The position numbers and the translations under genes were made by a program. From Eledone cirrhosa (lineage: Eukaryota), in assembly GCA_964016885.1 (NCBI GenBank), contig OZ024741.1, forward strand, positions 198,710,001 through 198,774,000: a stretch of DNA of 64,000 nt. Reading direction: 5' to 3'. The notes beneath the pieces were generated by a model. The model was not told the origin of the DNA. It saw nothing but the letters and a program-made list of their open reading frames with translations, and made no database searches. This document shows positions 50,445 to 61,859 of the stretch, one piece after another (within the stretch, counting starts at the first letter, position 1; every line of letters begins with the position of its first letter).

Positions 50445-50940
50445 TCTATATATCTAAAACAGAGAATGTCTGTCTGTCTGTCTGACTCCCTAAAACTCGA
50501 GAACCACCCAATCGACTTTTTTCAAACTTTACACATGTAATACTTATGGTCGTGTGAGTGTTTTGAGCAAAAAATATTTCAAAATTTCAAAGATCTAGGG
50601 ACAGCATTAGGCGATTTAGCGATCTCTCTCTATAATTATTAGTCTTTCTTTTTAGATAGATACATAGATATAACGTTGTGCCCTTATAATATCTGTCTGT
50701 ATGTCTGGATTATGACATTATGACGCTATATGAGTGTGTGTATATATGTATATATAGTGTGTGTGTATATATATATATAGTGTGTGTGTATATATATATA
50801 TAGTGTGTAACGTTTTTCGAAACATTTACTTCTGCGTTCACAGATTGATTTTTTTTGTTTCAGAAAATCCCGTTAAGGGTGAAAGCAGAGAGTCTTTGCT
50901 TAAACAACTTTAATCTGTTATTTTAATATATATATATATA

Positions 50941-51880
50941 TATATCATAAATCATGTCCTTAGAATTATTAGATAAAATATATACCATTTCCTCTCCCAA
51001 TTAGCATAATTAACCATATAAAAAATCAATTAGACCAGGCTATAAGAATAAATGCTCCTATGAAGAAATTTTCGACAAATAACCGAAAGCGGCCTCTTCG
51101 CGATGACCCCAATAGAGTATTTATCCAACATTTCAACAGCATGTAGAAACTGACTAAATATACCGTCAACCATACACAATTAGGTGTAAATTTAAACTTA
51201 GAAGAAACGTGTACATACCGTAATTATATCTCTACCATGGTTTCGTCCGTATTTTTAGATATCCTATTGTTAGGATGTACCCAGAGTAACAGACTCTTCA
51301 GGAGACAAACTCAAGATTAGTCATTTAATTTTCCAAAGCGATCGCGCCAAAAATAGATTAAAAAATGGCTAAGAATCATGACGTGGCAGTGGTCAAGTTA
51401 GAAAGAATGTGATTAGTTGCTTACGGCGGGTAGGCTTGTTGCTAGAAAGCGCAGCCCAATATCTCCCAATTGTATCTCAACCCAATGGGAGATTATTAAA
51501 TATAAAGATTTACATATACATAAAGTCATAGATATATATGTGGCAACCGGTCACGTTGTGGCTTAATGAATGATTAATAAATTAAATAATCAGAGCAATA
51601 TATCATAAATCATGTCCTTAGAATTATTAGATAAAATATATACCATTTCCTCTCCCAATTAGCATAATTAACCATATAAAAAATCAATTAGACCAGGCTA
51701 TAAGAATAAAGGCTCCTATGAAGAAATTTTCGACAAATAACCGAAAGCGGCCTCTTTGCAGTGACCCCAATCGAGTATTTATCCAACATTTCAACAGCAT
51801 GTAGAAACTGACTAAATATACCGTCAACCATACACAATTGGGTGTAAATTTAAACTTAGAAGAAACGTGTACATACCGTA
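50941..51880. repeat. Partial tandem (about 1.4 copies) of a 658-bp monomer flanked by (TA)n
   Basis: About 280-bp direct repeats 50941..51222 and 51599..51880 with a few substitutions. Confidence 0.9.
51228..51306 (-). ncRNA. Type I hammerhead ribozyme, catalytic core apparently intact
   Basis: Minus strand: gtctc CTGAAGA gtctgt-(extended hairpin)-acggac GAAA ccatgg TA gagat; stems I, II and III all pair; GUA cleavage triplet. Confidence 0.8.
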
Positions 51881-52048
51881 TATATATATATATATTCGTG
51901 CACAGATATTTTTGCATACACAATAACAAAATATAAACAAACGTATTTATTTCACGAAGCTCGATAAGGATAAATATTTATCAAATATATAAGAGCAAAT
52001 CCCGAGCAACGCCGGGCCATTCTGCTAGTATATATATATATTTATTTA

Positions 52049-52395
52049 TTATAAAGTGAAATGACAGGAGGCCAAATATGTTGAATTTCCTTAATTATTT
52101 ATTTTTGCAAACACTATGCACATTTCAGTGGCCAGGTTGCATTAGAACCTGGTGATATCTTCAGGTGTACATTGCGTAATAGATGTATTGCAATGGAATG
52201 ATGGTAAGCTTTAAGGAAACAAGCAAAGAAAAAAGTGTGTTTGTTTTTGACCCAGAGACGAATGAAGCATCATTTAACAACATGCTGCTTTGTTCATCCT
52301 TATGCAACTTGGCCTCTGAAATGTGCATAGTGTTTGCAGAAATAAATAATTAGGTAAATTCAACATACTTGGCCTCCTGATGTTTCATTTTATAA
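52049..52395. mobile_element. Foldback-type MITE with about 95-bp TIRs
   Basis: CAGGAGGCCAAATATGTTGAATTT...TGCAAACACTATGCACATTTCAG.GGCCA is mirrored at 52300-52395. Confidence 0.8.
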
Positions 52396-52719
52396 TACAT
52401 TTACTCCGTTCCTGCACCACCAACGTGATTCAACATCAAAGATGGATGAGTTGCATAACGAGTGCTTCTCTCATATTATGCCACGGTTAACATTACAGAA
52501 TGACCAATTTCTACCTAGTGGTAAACCACCAAATTTAAACGTATATATATATCAGTGTAAACGGTTTAAGGTTATCCAAGGAGAGGTAACGAGTAATCTG
52601 TACCGTGGAGGGTTTTAGTATTAAATAGAACGCACAATATATTGTTGACACAGGTACATCAGCACATTCATGAACTACAAACCAAAATAGATGGGATTCA
52701 CTCCAATTTCCTAACTGTT

Positions 52720-53085
52720 TATATAAACACTACAATTTCCAAGATTTATAATATTTGAAAACTAGGCCTACATGTCGCTCCCAGGACTTTCGGAAACATT
52801 TTCTCACGCTTAGAGTTGCTGAAGCATGGAACAAACTGCCTGCATCAGTTGTTAGCTGCCGAGTCACTGCATCCTTTAAAACCCTCATGCTTCCTGAAAT
52901 TCGCCAAAACTACACCTGATGTCCCCCTTCCATACACATGCACACATGTGTATATCATGACTCATGCACTGTTCATTTTCCTGACGTTTTTACATTACCC
53001 TATGTACTATACATACATTTTTGATGAGTTGTAGTGCACCTGAGCACTGTACACAATATTTTCATTATTATTATTATTATTATTT
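52720..53085 (+). mobile_element. CR1-clade LINE 3' end
   Basis: KHFLTLRVAEAWNKLPASVVSCRVTASFKTL C-terminal motif, 3' UTR and (TTA)n tail. Confidence 0.75.
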
Positions 53086-54336
53086 TAAATATATCTCTTA
53101 TCATCATAAAAGGGCACCACGTTACACATCTATCATGCCTTATCTTGCAAACATAGCCATTTATCTACCACTTATTGCAATAAAACAATTAAACCAGGAA
53201 TAATCAAAGTACTTAAGAAATCAATTGCACCCACCAATCTAATGGCATCAAAAGACAAACTCTTAACCAATCAAATGCAAGAGAAGCTGACAATTTAAAG
53301 ACACACCTACATTGAATACGAGCTCTCTTTCAGTATACCACACTCTATTCTTCTCTTCTCGCATACAGTATCAGTTATTTATTATTATTTATATTTTATA
53401 ACATATATTATATACATCATTCTTCACTTTTATTATATTATTTTATCTTTTATTGCCCATCAGACATGTAAATCCTTAAGTTTATTTATTTTGTTTTTCA
53501 TCTTGATGTTTATATGATTTAATGTAAATACATTGTATCGCTGATTCCATAGTCAGTGTTTTGATAATTTGCCTGGTATAAGCAGTATTTAAAATTGAAT
53601 TTCACAATAACATTGTAGATAGTGATTTTAAGACACAATCGATTACGTACTAGACAATGAAACATATGTTAATGCTTGGAATAAAACCCTATTGTATAGC
53701 TTATCTAGGTTATCTTCATTCATTCATGTTTATATATATATATATCATCATCATCATCATCACCGTTTTACGTCCGTTCTTCCACGCTAGCATGGGTTAG
53801 ACGGGTTGTCCTGTTGTGGGCAGTGTCTGTTCGGCTGACCATGCCTTGCTCATACAGGAACTGATTTGGCTTGATTTCTACAGCTGGATGCCCTTCCTAA
53901 CACCAACCTCATTTACAGCGAGTGCTGGGTGCTTTTTCGTGGCGCCTACACGTCCACTTTACAGTGTGGGCTGGGTGCTTTTTGCCGTGGCACCTCCACG
54001 ACCACCTTGCAGTGGGAGGGTGTGGGGGCATATTGTCTATATGCTTCAGCTTGTACCCATGGGAGGTCGGGTAGTCTGTATTACTGCGTGACGCCAGAGG
54101 TCACGGTCGTGTGTCATCGCCTTTGAGAGGTATAATTGGGTAAGGTCGGCTTTTATCACCTCATCCCAGGTCATCTTGGGTCTTCCCACTCCGGGGTTTC
54201 CATTGACTTCTAGTGCTCTGCACTTTTTTATGCAGCTGTCATCCTTCATACGCATCACATGTCCATACCAACGCATCTGCCTCTCCTGCACACAGCATTT
54301 GATTCCTCTTATGCTCAGTCTCTCTCTCAATTCATT

Positions 54337-54369
<33 letters not shown>

Positions 54370-54600
54370 CAGTGGGATTGGTAGAATCATTAGAGCAATG
54401 TACAAAATTCTTTGCAGGATTTAGTTACAGCTCACTATTTTCTGAGATCAAATCTCATAAATCAATTTTGCCTTTAATCCTTCTGTCATTGATAAAATAA
54501 AGTACCAGTCAAGTATTGGGGCTGATATGATCAACTTTCCCCTTCTCACAAGTTGTTGGTCTCATGCCTAAATTAGAAATCATTATATATATATAATTTC

Positions 54601-54781
54601 GGTGGATTGGCAGTATCGGTAGAGGGTCGGCCGCCATGCTTTCCAGCATAGTAACGTCCCTTTACGATCTGAGTTCAAATCCCGCTGAGGTTGACTTTGC
54701 CTTTCATCCTTACGGGGTCGATAAAATAAAGTACCAGTAATGAACTGAGTAATTGCTGGCCTTGTGCCTAAAGTAGAAACA
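54601..54781 (+). mobile_element. Nin-domain SINE with about 19-bp TSD, adjacent to the GCC1 acceptor
   Basis: ATTATATATATATAATTTC on both sides (54582-54600 and 54782-54800). Confidence 0.8.
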
Positions 54782-54836
54782 ATTATATATATATAATTTC
54801 AGTAAACTGAATGAAATAGAGCTGGTGAGATGAACG

Positions 54837-54921
54837 ATGGACAAGACAACAAGAAGTGAACTAATAAAAACTATTGATAGCCAGAAAGACAAAATCCAAA
54901 GATATGAATCCAGATTAAGAG
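54837..54921 (+). CDS. GCC1: GCC1 (GRIP and coiled-coil domain-containing protein 1, GCC88-like golgin) coding exon 1
   Basis: MDKTTRSELIKTIDSQKDKIQRYESRLR resembles the GCC1 N-terminus (SKKDLLETIETQKKQLLQYQARLK); acceptor at 54801-54802, donor G|GTAAG. Confidence 0.88.
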
Positions 54922-56404
54922 GTAAGATTTTGTTTATTACAGAGATTTTGCTAGTATCAGGAAATTCAAACACTGGAAAAACAAGTGATTAACTATCAAT
55001 ATAATCTTCATGTTTACTTTATATTATGTGTGTACAACAAACAAAACAAAGTCTAACAGAGATAATTATATAACTGGTTTAGTTATGTCAAGGATTCTAT
55101 TTATTCTAAGGATGACTCATACTCTATTTCTTTTATATCATTTTTGATGTGCCACTTCACAGTGAAATGATTTCAATAGTCTTTTGTTGATAGACCAGCA
55201 GATAGGTAAAGGATTATTTGTGAATATAGAAGGGCTAATTGGAGTAGTACTATTACATCATTATTGTTTAACAGTCGCTTTGCCTGTTAGCAAGTCTAAA
55301 AGACCAAGTCAGCACTGAAGCGGAGCTACTGACCTCTCAGTCAGGCTGTGGGGTCTGCATCTAGCTTATGTATGGTCACATGTTCTATCGAGTGAACATG
55401 ATAAGTTGCTGTATCTTTTTACACAAACTGAATGGTCCGCCCAGCCCCTTGTTTGGCAGGCTTTCTATGGCTGGATGCCCTTCTTAACACCAACTACTTC
55501 ACATGTACTGAGTGCTTTTATCATGTAGATAACCAGTACTAGGGAGGTTGTCATATCCTTTACACAACTAAAGAGTCTTCCCTACTCTTTACATAAAAAA
55601 ATATTAACAGATGCATAATTTTAACTCTTTTATATATTTGGAGTTCCTTTGAGCCATAATTTGAGTCTCTTGTAGTTAGTGTTCAATCCAATCCAGGGCC
55701 TTTGCACCCCTGTTGGAAAGAACCCCTCCCTGGTTGACCTTCACCACTATCTGTTTGGTTTTGGTCATGTCAGGAGTGTAGTTATATTCACCACACTTGG
55801 CCAATTGCAGGTTGGTAAGGCTATTTAACCCATATATGGGGTGGATGGCACTTGACTTCTCAGAGTTCACCTGCCCATTTAACAGCTCTTGTTTTTTGTG
55901 CTGCTGCAGTTCCATTTACACTCCTCACTAGACCAGAGTATGGTGGGGGAGTTGGTTTAGTTTCCGACCACTTAACTATGAAGCAGATTGTACTGGGTTA
56001 CGTTGTACCAGTAGCAGGCAGAAGCCCGACTTGACCTAATTAGTGTAGTTAGTATAGCCAATAAATTTCCTTCTAAAGTTCGGGAGCAAATTTGGCAATC
56101 ATTATTGTGATTTGCACAATACCATTTAGAAGATATAGATATGAAGGAAAAAAGTATCTATCTTTAACCTGATCAAAATAGTTATAGCTACTTAACTATA
56201 ATATATCTTCAGTTGAAAATGGAGATAAAGAGAGATAATGAGAAATATGTATTATGATCTGAGGAATTTTATAAATACTTTATAGTTAAATTGGTCTGTT
56301 GATTATTTTAGTATTAAAATAGTTCATTAAAACATGACTCCTTGTATATTGTTATAGCGCCTGAATATTTTATTTATTTGAAAATCAAATTCTTTCTTGT
56401 CCAG

Positions 56405-56595
56405 ATTTAATCGGTGCTTACAAAGGTTTGTCAAAAGAGAAAGAGGCTCTGGAAGCCAGCATTCAATGTTTGACTGCTACCGAACGGAGCAGTGTCAGTA
56501 AAAAAACATTTACTTCCACAAACAAAGACAACAACAATGACAAAGAAAAAACAGATGAAGAAAAACAAGAAATTTCCCATCCATTGCAATCAAAT
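56405..56595 (+). CDS. GCC1: GCC1 coding exon 2
   Basis: DLIGAYKGLSKEKEALEASIQCLT matches the GCC1 motif DVVRAYKSLLKEKEALEASIKVL; AG/GTAAGT, phase 1-0. Confidence 0.9.
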
Positions 56596-59415
56596 GTAAG
56601 TTTTAAATTTTCAATTTTAATATAAATGTTATATGTAGGGTGGTAGACTAACAGAATTAATAGAGCATTGGATAAAATACCATTGCAGTATTTATTCTAG
56701 CTTTTTAAATTCTAAGTCAAATTTGCCTTTCATCCCTCTGGAGTTGATAAAATAAGGTACCATTGAGGTTTATTTAATCAACACCTCCTCCAAATTTGCT
56801 AGCCTTGTGTCTAAATTAGAAATCAGTATAAATGTTACATGTTCCATCAATATTTTTACAAAAGTTATTTTACATATTTGGTATATTTTAATTAACCTGG
56901 AAGAAGGTTGTGATATCATTATGTTAATATTTTTGCTTGTAATTGACTTTTCATTATTTTTTAATGAAATACACTGTTTCAAATAATTTTGAAAATAGCC
57001 AAACATGTCTCTATGCCCAATTATTTGTGTTCAGATAAATGGTGCTAAATCAAAACCATTCAATGTAGAAGTCCGACTCCACCAAGGGTGTGTACTGTCA
57101 CCTCTCCAGTTCATTATTTTCATGAACAGGATTGACATGTGCAGCTGGGTAGGAAGTGGTAGCATGTGTAAAATCAGTCAGGTGGAGTTTGCAGATGACA
57201 TGGTATTACTTAACTTGACGGAAAGTAATCTCTGACTTGCACTTGATAGGCTTGATGCCAAGTGCTGCATGCCTAGAATGAAAATCAGTGTTGCAAAAAA
57301 CAGATACTTAACCTCCCAAGGAAGCCTGCACTGTGCACGTTACATGTGAATGGAGTTCCACTGAAGCAGATAGAAAAGTTCAAGTATCTTGAGGCTGTGT
57401 TCACGAGTGATTGAAGACAGGAGGCTGAATTAAGTGCAAGAATTGCAGGAGTTGGTGCAGTAATGTGCCAGCTTCAGCATTCAGAAGAAGGGAGGTAGGC
57501 ATAAAAGCCAAACTTGACTGAAAGAATACGATCCCGAATACAAGTGGCCGAAATCAGTTTCCTCTGAAGGGTCTTTGGAGTAACATTACTCGATATTGTG
57601 CATAACTCAGAGATCAGAGAGTCACTCCAGGTACAGCCGCTATTTCTCTGAATTAAGAGACCACAGCTCTGATAGTATGGGCATTTATTTAGAACACAGG
57701 TTCTCAACCCATTTAGGCCAAACGCCCCCTTTTGTCCCTCGAAATCACGAAACGCCCCCCCTACCCTATTTTTCCATTTTTCAATATACTACTGATTTTG
57801 ATATCCGAAGATTATTAAAAAATTGATTAACAATATTCCAAAGATACCATTGCAGGCAGCTGAGAGTATAAATACATTCCTTGAAAGGAAATATATAAAT
57901 TAAAAAAAAAGTAACATAAATGTTCTTTTTTATGAATAAGGACCAGTTAAATTTGTTATATTTCCACCAGGCGATACCAGCTATTTTGAACATTTATACA
58001 AGAGCAACTCTGCCTATCCAAAGAGTGCTCTTATCTGGAAGAAAGTGGCAATTATATCATTTCAAAGCTTTCCAATTTTCCCTTTAATGAAATGGACAGA
58101 ATAAATGTTGATATCTAACTTGATGTCCCCTCTGCTTTGTGAGCTTAGAGACCACGGAAGAGGGTTTTCATGACCACTCGGGAGGGTATATTTATTAGTA
58201 AATGGTAAAATATATACAACAAATGAGTAAGTGAATTGTAGTAGATGGTTTCCAGTCCAGTCAGACTGCAACTACAAATAAAAAAAATTGTTAGTTTTCT
58301 TTGTAACAATAGCATATCTAAGTTTTCGGATAAATCAACTTACTTTAACTTTGACCTCATTTCAATGGGACCCTTGACTTCATGGAGTCTAGCTAACTTT
58401 TTGACGTCAGGCTGGATTTTCGTAAGATGTAGCCGGAGATCTCCACATGTAATTACATTGTAGCGGTTGCGAGCCTTACTGTGCAGTCCGGAAACAGCAC
58501 CAAACTTCCTCTTGACTAAGTATGAGCTTGGAAAAGGCAGAGCAAATCTCTTAGCCTCTGCATGTAGGTGTGGAAATCGACGCTGAATTTCCTCTTGCAT
58601 CCAAAAAAGGGGTTCACCTATTTTGGGAAATCTAATTTTGATCATGTCATCTGCTTGAAGTTCAATGAATTCTTCCTGAAATATAACGTCCAAATCATCG
58701 ACGTTAGCTATGAAGGGATCTGCTACCCACATTGGGATGTCCATCGGCAAAAGGTCGACAAACTGTTCTCTCATGTTGTCTTGTAGCGCACGGAGGTGAG
58801 CGGTATACATTTGGAGTTGGTCATCGCTTACAATGTTTTGAACATTGGCGACACTAGGAAAATTATAGAATTCCCGTCAACAAAGATTCCTTTCGATGAC
58901 ATTCAATTTGGCCAGGAATGTTTTCACAGCATTCCTTGTTTAACCAAGGTGATCTTCTTCCCCTGCAAAGCCAAAATGACGCTAATGCATTTGTCAACGA
59001 TGTCGGTGAGGTAGGCGCAGTTTTGCCTCATATCGAGGGTTTTCTTGTACTGTTCTGTGTTGCGTCCTTGCAGAAACTCAATGATAGAGTCGAACAGTTC
59101 AAAGAAGTGAGTAAGGCACTTGCCCTTTGAAAGCCACCTCACTTCATTATGAAGGAGCAACTTGACGAATTCTTCGTCATTATCTTGGCACAGTTGACGG
59201 AAAATTCGTTCATTGAGGGAATGCCGTTTGATAAAATTGATGACGTTAGGGGCCACCTGCAAGGACTTGCTCAGTGGCTTGCTGAGTTTCTTCACAGCCA
59301 AGTGTTGTCGATGAATGACACAATGAACAACAAATACAGATAGATTTTCTCTCTTCAGAAGAGTGACGAAACCCTTATGTTGGCCGACCATTGCTCTTGC
59401 GTCGTCCGTAGCACA

Positions 59416-59850
59416 TGTGTTGTATTTGGTCCTAGATGTATGTATTACCTGCCTGTGTGTTGTAGGTAGTCCTAGATGTATGTATTACCTGCTTATGTAT
59501 TGCATGTGGTCCTAGATGTATGTATTACCTGATTATGTGTTGTATGTGGTCCTAGATGTTTGTATTACCTGCTTGTGTTGTATGTGGTCCTAAATGTATG
59601 TATTACTTGCCTGTGTGTTGTATGTGGTCTTAGATGTGTGTGCTACCTCCTTATGTGTTGCATGTGGTCCTAGATGTGTGTATTACCTGCTTATGTGTTG
59701 GATGTGGTCCTATATGTGTGTATTACCTGCTTATGTGTTGTATGTGGTCCTATATGTGTGTATTACCTGCTTATGTGTTGTATGTGGTCCTATATGTGTG
59801 TATTATCTGATTATGTGTTGTATGTGGTCCTAGATGTGTGTGCTACCCGC
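59416..59850. repeat. Minisatellite, 40-bp unit, about 11 copies
   Basis: TGTGTTGTATGTGGTCCTAGATGTATGTATTACCTGCTTA repeated. Confidence 0.92.
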
Positions 59851-59900
59851 TTCTGGGATTTTTTTTTATTTGTAATATTATTTATACAATAGGAAATAAA

Positions 59901-60248
59901 GGAGGCACATGGCTTAGTGGTTAGAGCATTGGCCTTGCAATCGAAAGGTTGTGAGTTCAATTCTCAGACCGGGTGATGTGTTGTTTCCTTGAGCAAGACA
60001 CTTTATTTCACATTGCTCCAGTTTACTCAGCTGTAGAAATGAGATGATAGGGACTGGATTCCCTATCATTCCACTGCAAAGTGGTCGTGGAGGTGCCACG
60101 GCAAAAAAGCACCCAGCACTCACTGTAAATGAGGTTGGTGTTAGGAAGGGCATCCAGCTGTAGAAATCAAGCCAGAATCAGTTCCCGTCCCACCCTTGCT
60201 AGCAGGGAAAAAGTGGACGTAAAATGAAATGATGATGATGATGATGAT
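59901..60248 (+). mobile_element. Composite SINE (same family as 46767..47100) with TSD GAAATAAA
   Basis: Near-identical to 46767 copy; A/B boxes; (GAT)n tail. Confidence 0.85.
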
Positions 60249-61109
60249 GAAATAAAATAGATCTACATAGTGTTAACTCGTTACGGTTGAGTCAATAATT
60301 TCAGACATGAAATACATTGTTATCGGTGAAGGAAAGACAAGATTCTAACTGGCTGCGCTTGAAGTGTCCTTGACCCAGTTGACTGTGGGTTTTTCCATTG
60401 TTAGGATCTCAATTGCCGGGTAATGTCTAAACACGCCTGCACACCTGCTCACAGCTGCGGCCAGACTATAGTTATGCTGTCTGCATGCTCATTCAAATGC
60501 ATTCACACTGGCTGTCTCAAAGACATACAAATATGGCTTATAAAAACTTACCAAAGTAAAGAGCCTTCCAGTGCACTCGAAAGCTCCAAACGCCCCCCCC
60601 CCCCCCCCCGGAGGTGCATGTGCCCCCCCGTTGAGAACCTTTGGTTTAGAATGTCTCAGGAAAGAATCGCTGGACAGATTTTACAGGCAAAACCAACCAG
60701 CAGGAGACCCAGTGTTAGACCCCAAGCATGATGGTTGGATAACATCCGGATCTGTTGGAGTGTTTGAGGACTCTGCCCACACAACCCTCTCAGGAATAAA
60801 TGGGCAAAGAAGAAGAACCAAACATTTGCAGGAAGTTAATAAAATAACTATGTTTTTCATGAATAAGCTGATATTTAGAACATTACTTTAGAAAAATTCT
60901 AAAATTTTTGATGAAATGTTTTAACATAAATCCAGAACAGCTTCAGGTGGTATGGTATCAAAAGGGTCAAGGTGATTATGAGTTCGCTGTTTATTTGACT
61001 AAAACTTCTGAAATTAAAGAATTATGTGTATTTGGATCACCTTTATGAGACATAAGGATCACCGTTAAACGTTTAACTGGTCAGGTGATCAGTCCTACTC
61101 ATACACTCT

Positions 61110-61350
61110 GTTTTGGCTTGGTTTCTATGGCTGGATGCCCTCCCTAACACCAACCACTTTACAGCATGTACTGGGAGCATGATTTCTACGGCTGGGTGCC
61201 CTTCCTAATTTCAACCACTTTACAGCATATACTGGGAGCATGGTTTCTTTGCCTGGATGCTTTTCCTAATGCCAACCATTTTACAGCATATGCTGGGAGC
61301 ATGATTTCTATGGCTGGATGCCCTTTCTAACACCAACCACTGTACAGTGT
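61110..61350. repeat. Four tandem copies of a about 60-bp SINE/LINE-tail module
   Basis: TTTCTATGGCTGGATGCCCTTCCTAACACCAACCACTTTACAGCATGTACTGGGAGCA repeated. Confidence 0.85.
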
Positions 61351-61733
61351 GGATATTTCATTAAAGTATTTTTATTTCATAGATTCCTTTAAGTTTTGTA
61401 TTTATTTTAAACAGAAGCTTTAAGTTTTTTTTATATGTTCAACGAAGCCTTTTTATTATCTAGATAGAAAATGGATGGTAGACAGGTAGAATTAGTTGAG
61501 TGTCAGATAAAATGCCATTGCAGTGTTTCTTACTGAGGTTAACTTTGCTTTTTATTGTTTTGGTGTTGAAAAATAAAATACTATTCACGTACAAGGGTCA
61601 ATATCGATTTCCCCTTCCCCATAAATTGCCTAAATTAGAAATCATTATATAAAGTGTTTCATGAATATGTTTAATGTGTACTCAAAATTGCTATTTTATT
61701 TAGTTTCTAACCAAATTCCATTTTATCTTTCAG

Positions 61734-61859
61734 TCCAGTGATGCCCATCAGACTGATATTGAAGAAAAGTTGGCTACCTTGACAACCACATTAAGTGTAC
61801 TAACCAATGAAAAATCTAGACTTGAAAGTAGTTATCTGGCTGAAAAGAAACAGCTGAAA
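61734..61859 (+). CDS. GCC1: GCC1 coding exon 3 (gene continues beyond the window)
   Basis: SSDAHQTDIEEKLATLTTTLSVLTNEKSRLESSYLAEKKQLK matches GCC1 LATLTSSLATVTQEKSRMEASYLADKKKMK. Confidence 0.9.

Larger units (their letters stand above)
50445..52028 (+). mobile_element. Non-autonomous Helitron
   Basis: A|TCTATATAT...(TGTC)n 5' end; 3' hairpin CCCGAGCAACGCCGGG (52001-52016) then CTAG|T; no TSD. Confidence 0.85.
57695..60643 (-). mobile_element. hAT transposon, Buster/Charlie family, internally deleted
   Basis: 14-bp TIRs CACAGGTTCTCAAC / GTTGAGAACCTTTG; 8-bp TSD ATTTAGAA/GTTTAGAA (nnnTAnnn); transposase remnants HCVIHRQHL, EVRWLSKG, PFPSSYLV, GDLRLHLT (58340-59410). Confidence 0.92.
57005..60818 (+). 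mobile_element. RTE LINE fragment split by a hAT insertion
   Basis: QGCVLSPLQF, FADDMVLL; continues after 60644 like the uninterrupted copy at about 7535-7765. Confidence 0.85.

Noticed and set aside
53600-53690. Possible hammerhead (GAAACATATGTT)
   Set aside because: No CTGANGA core upstream in a compatible position.
59416-59850. CRISPR-like regular array
   Set aside because: Contiguous 40-bp units with no unique spacers, no cas genes, eukaryotic context: a minisatellite.
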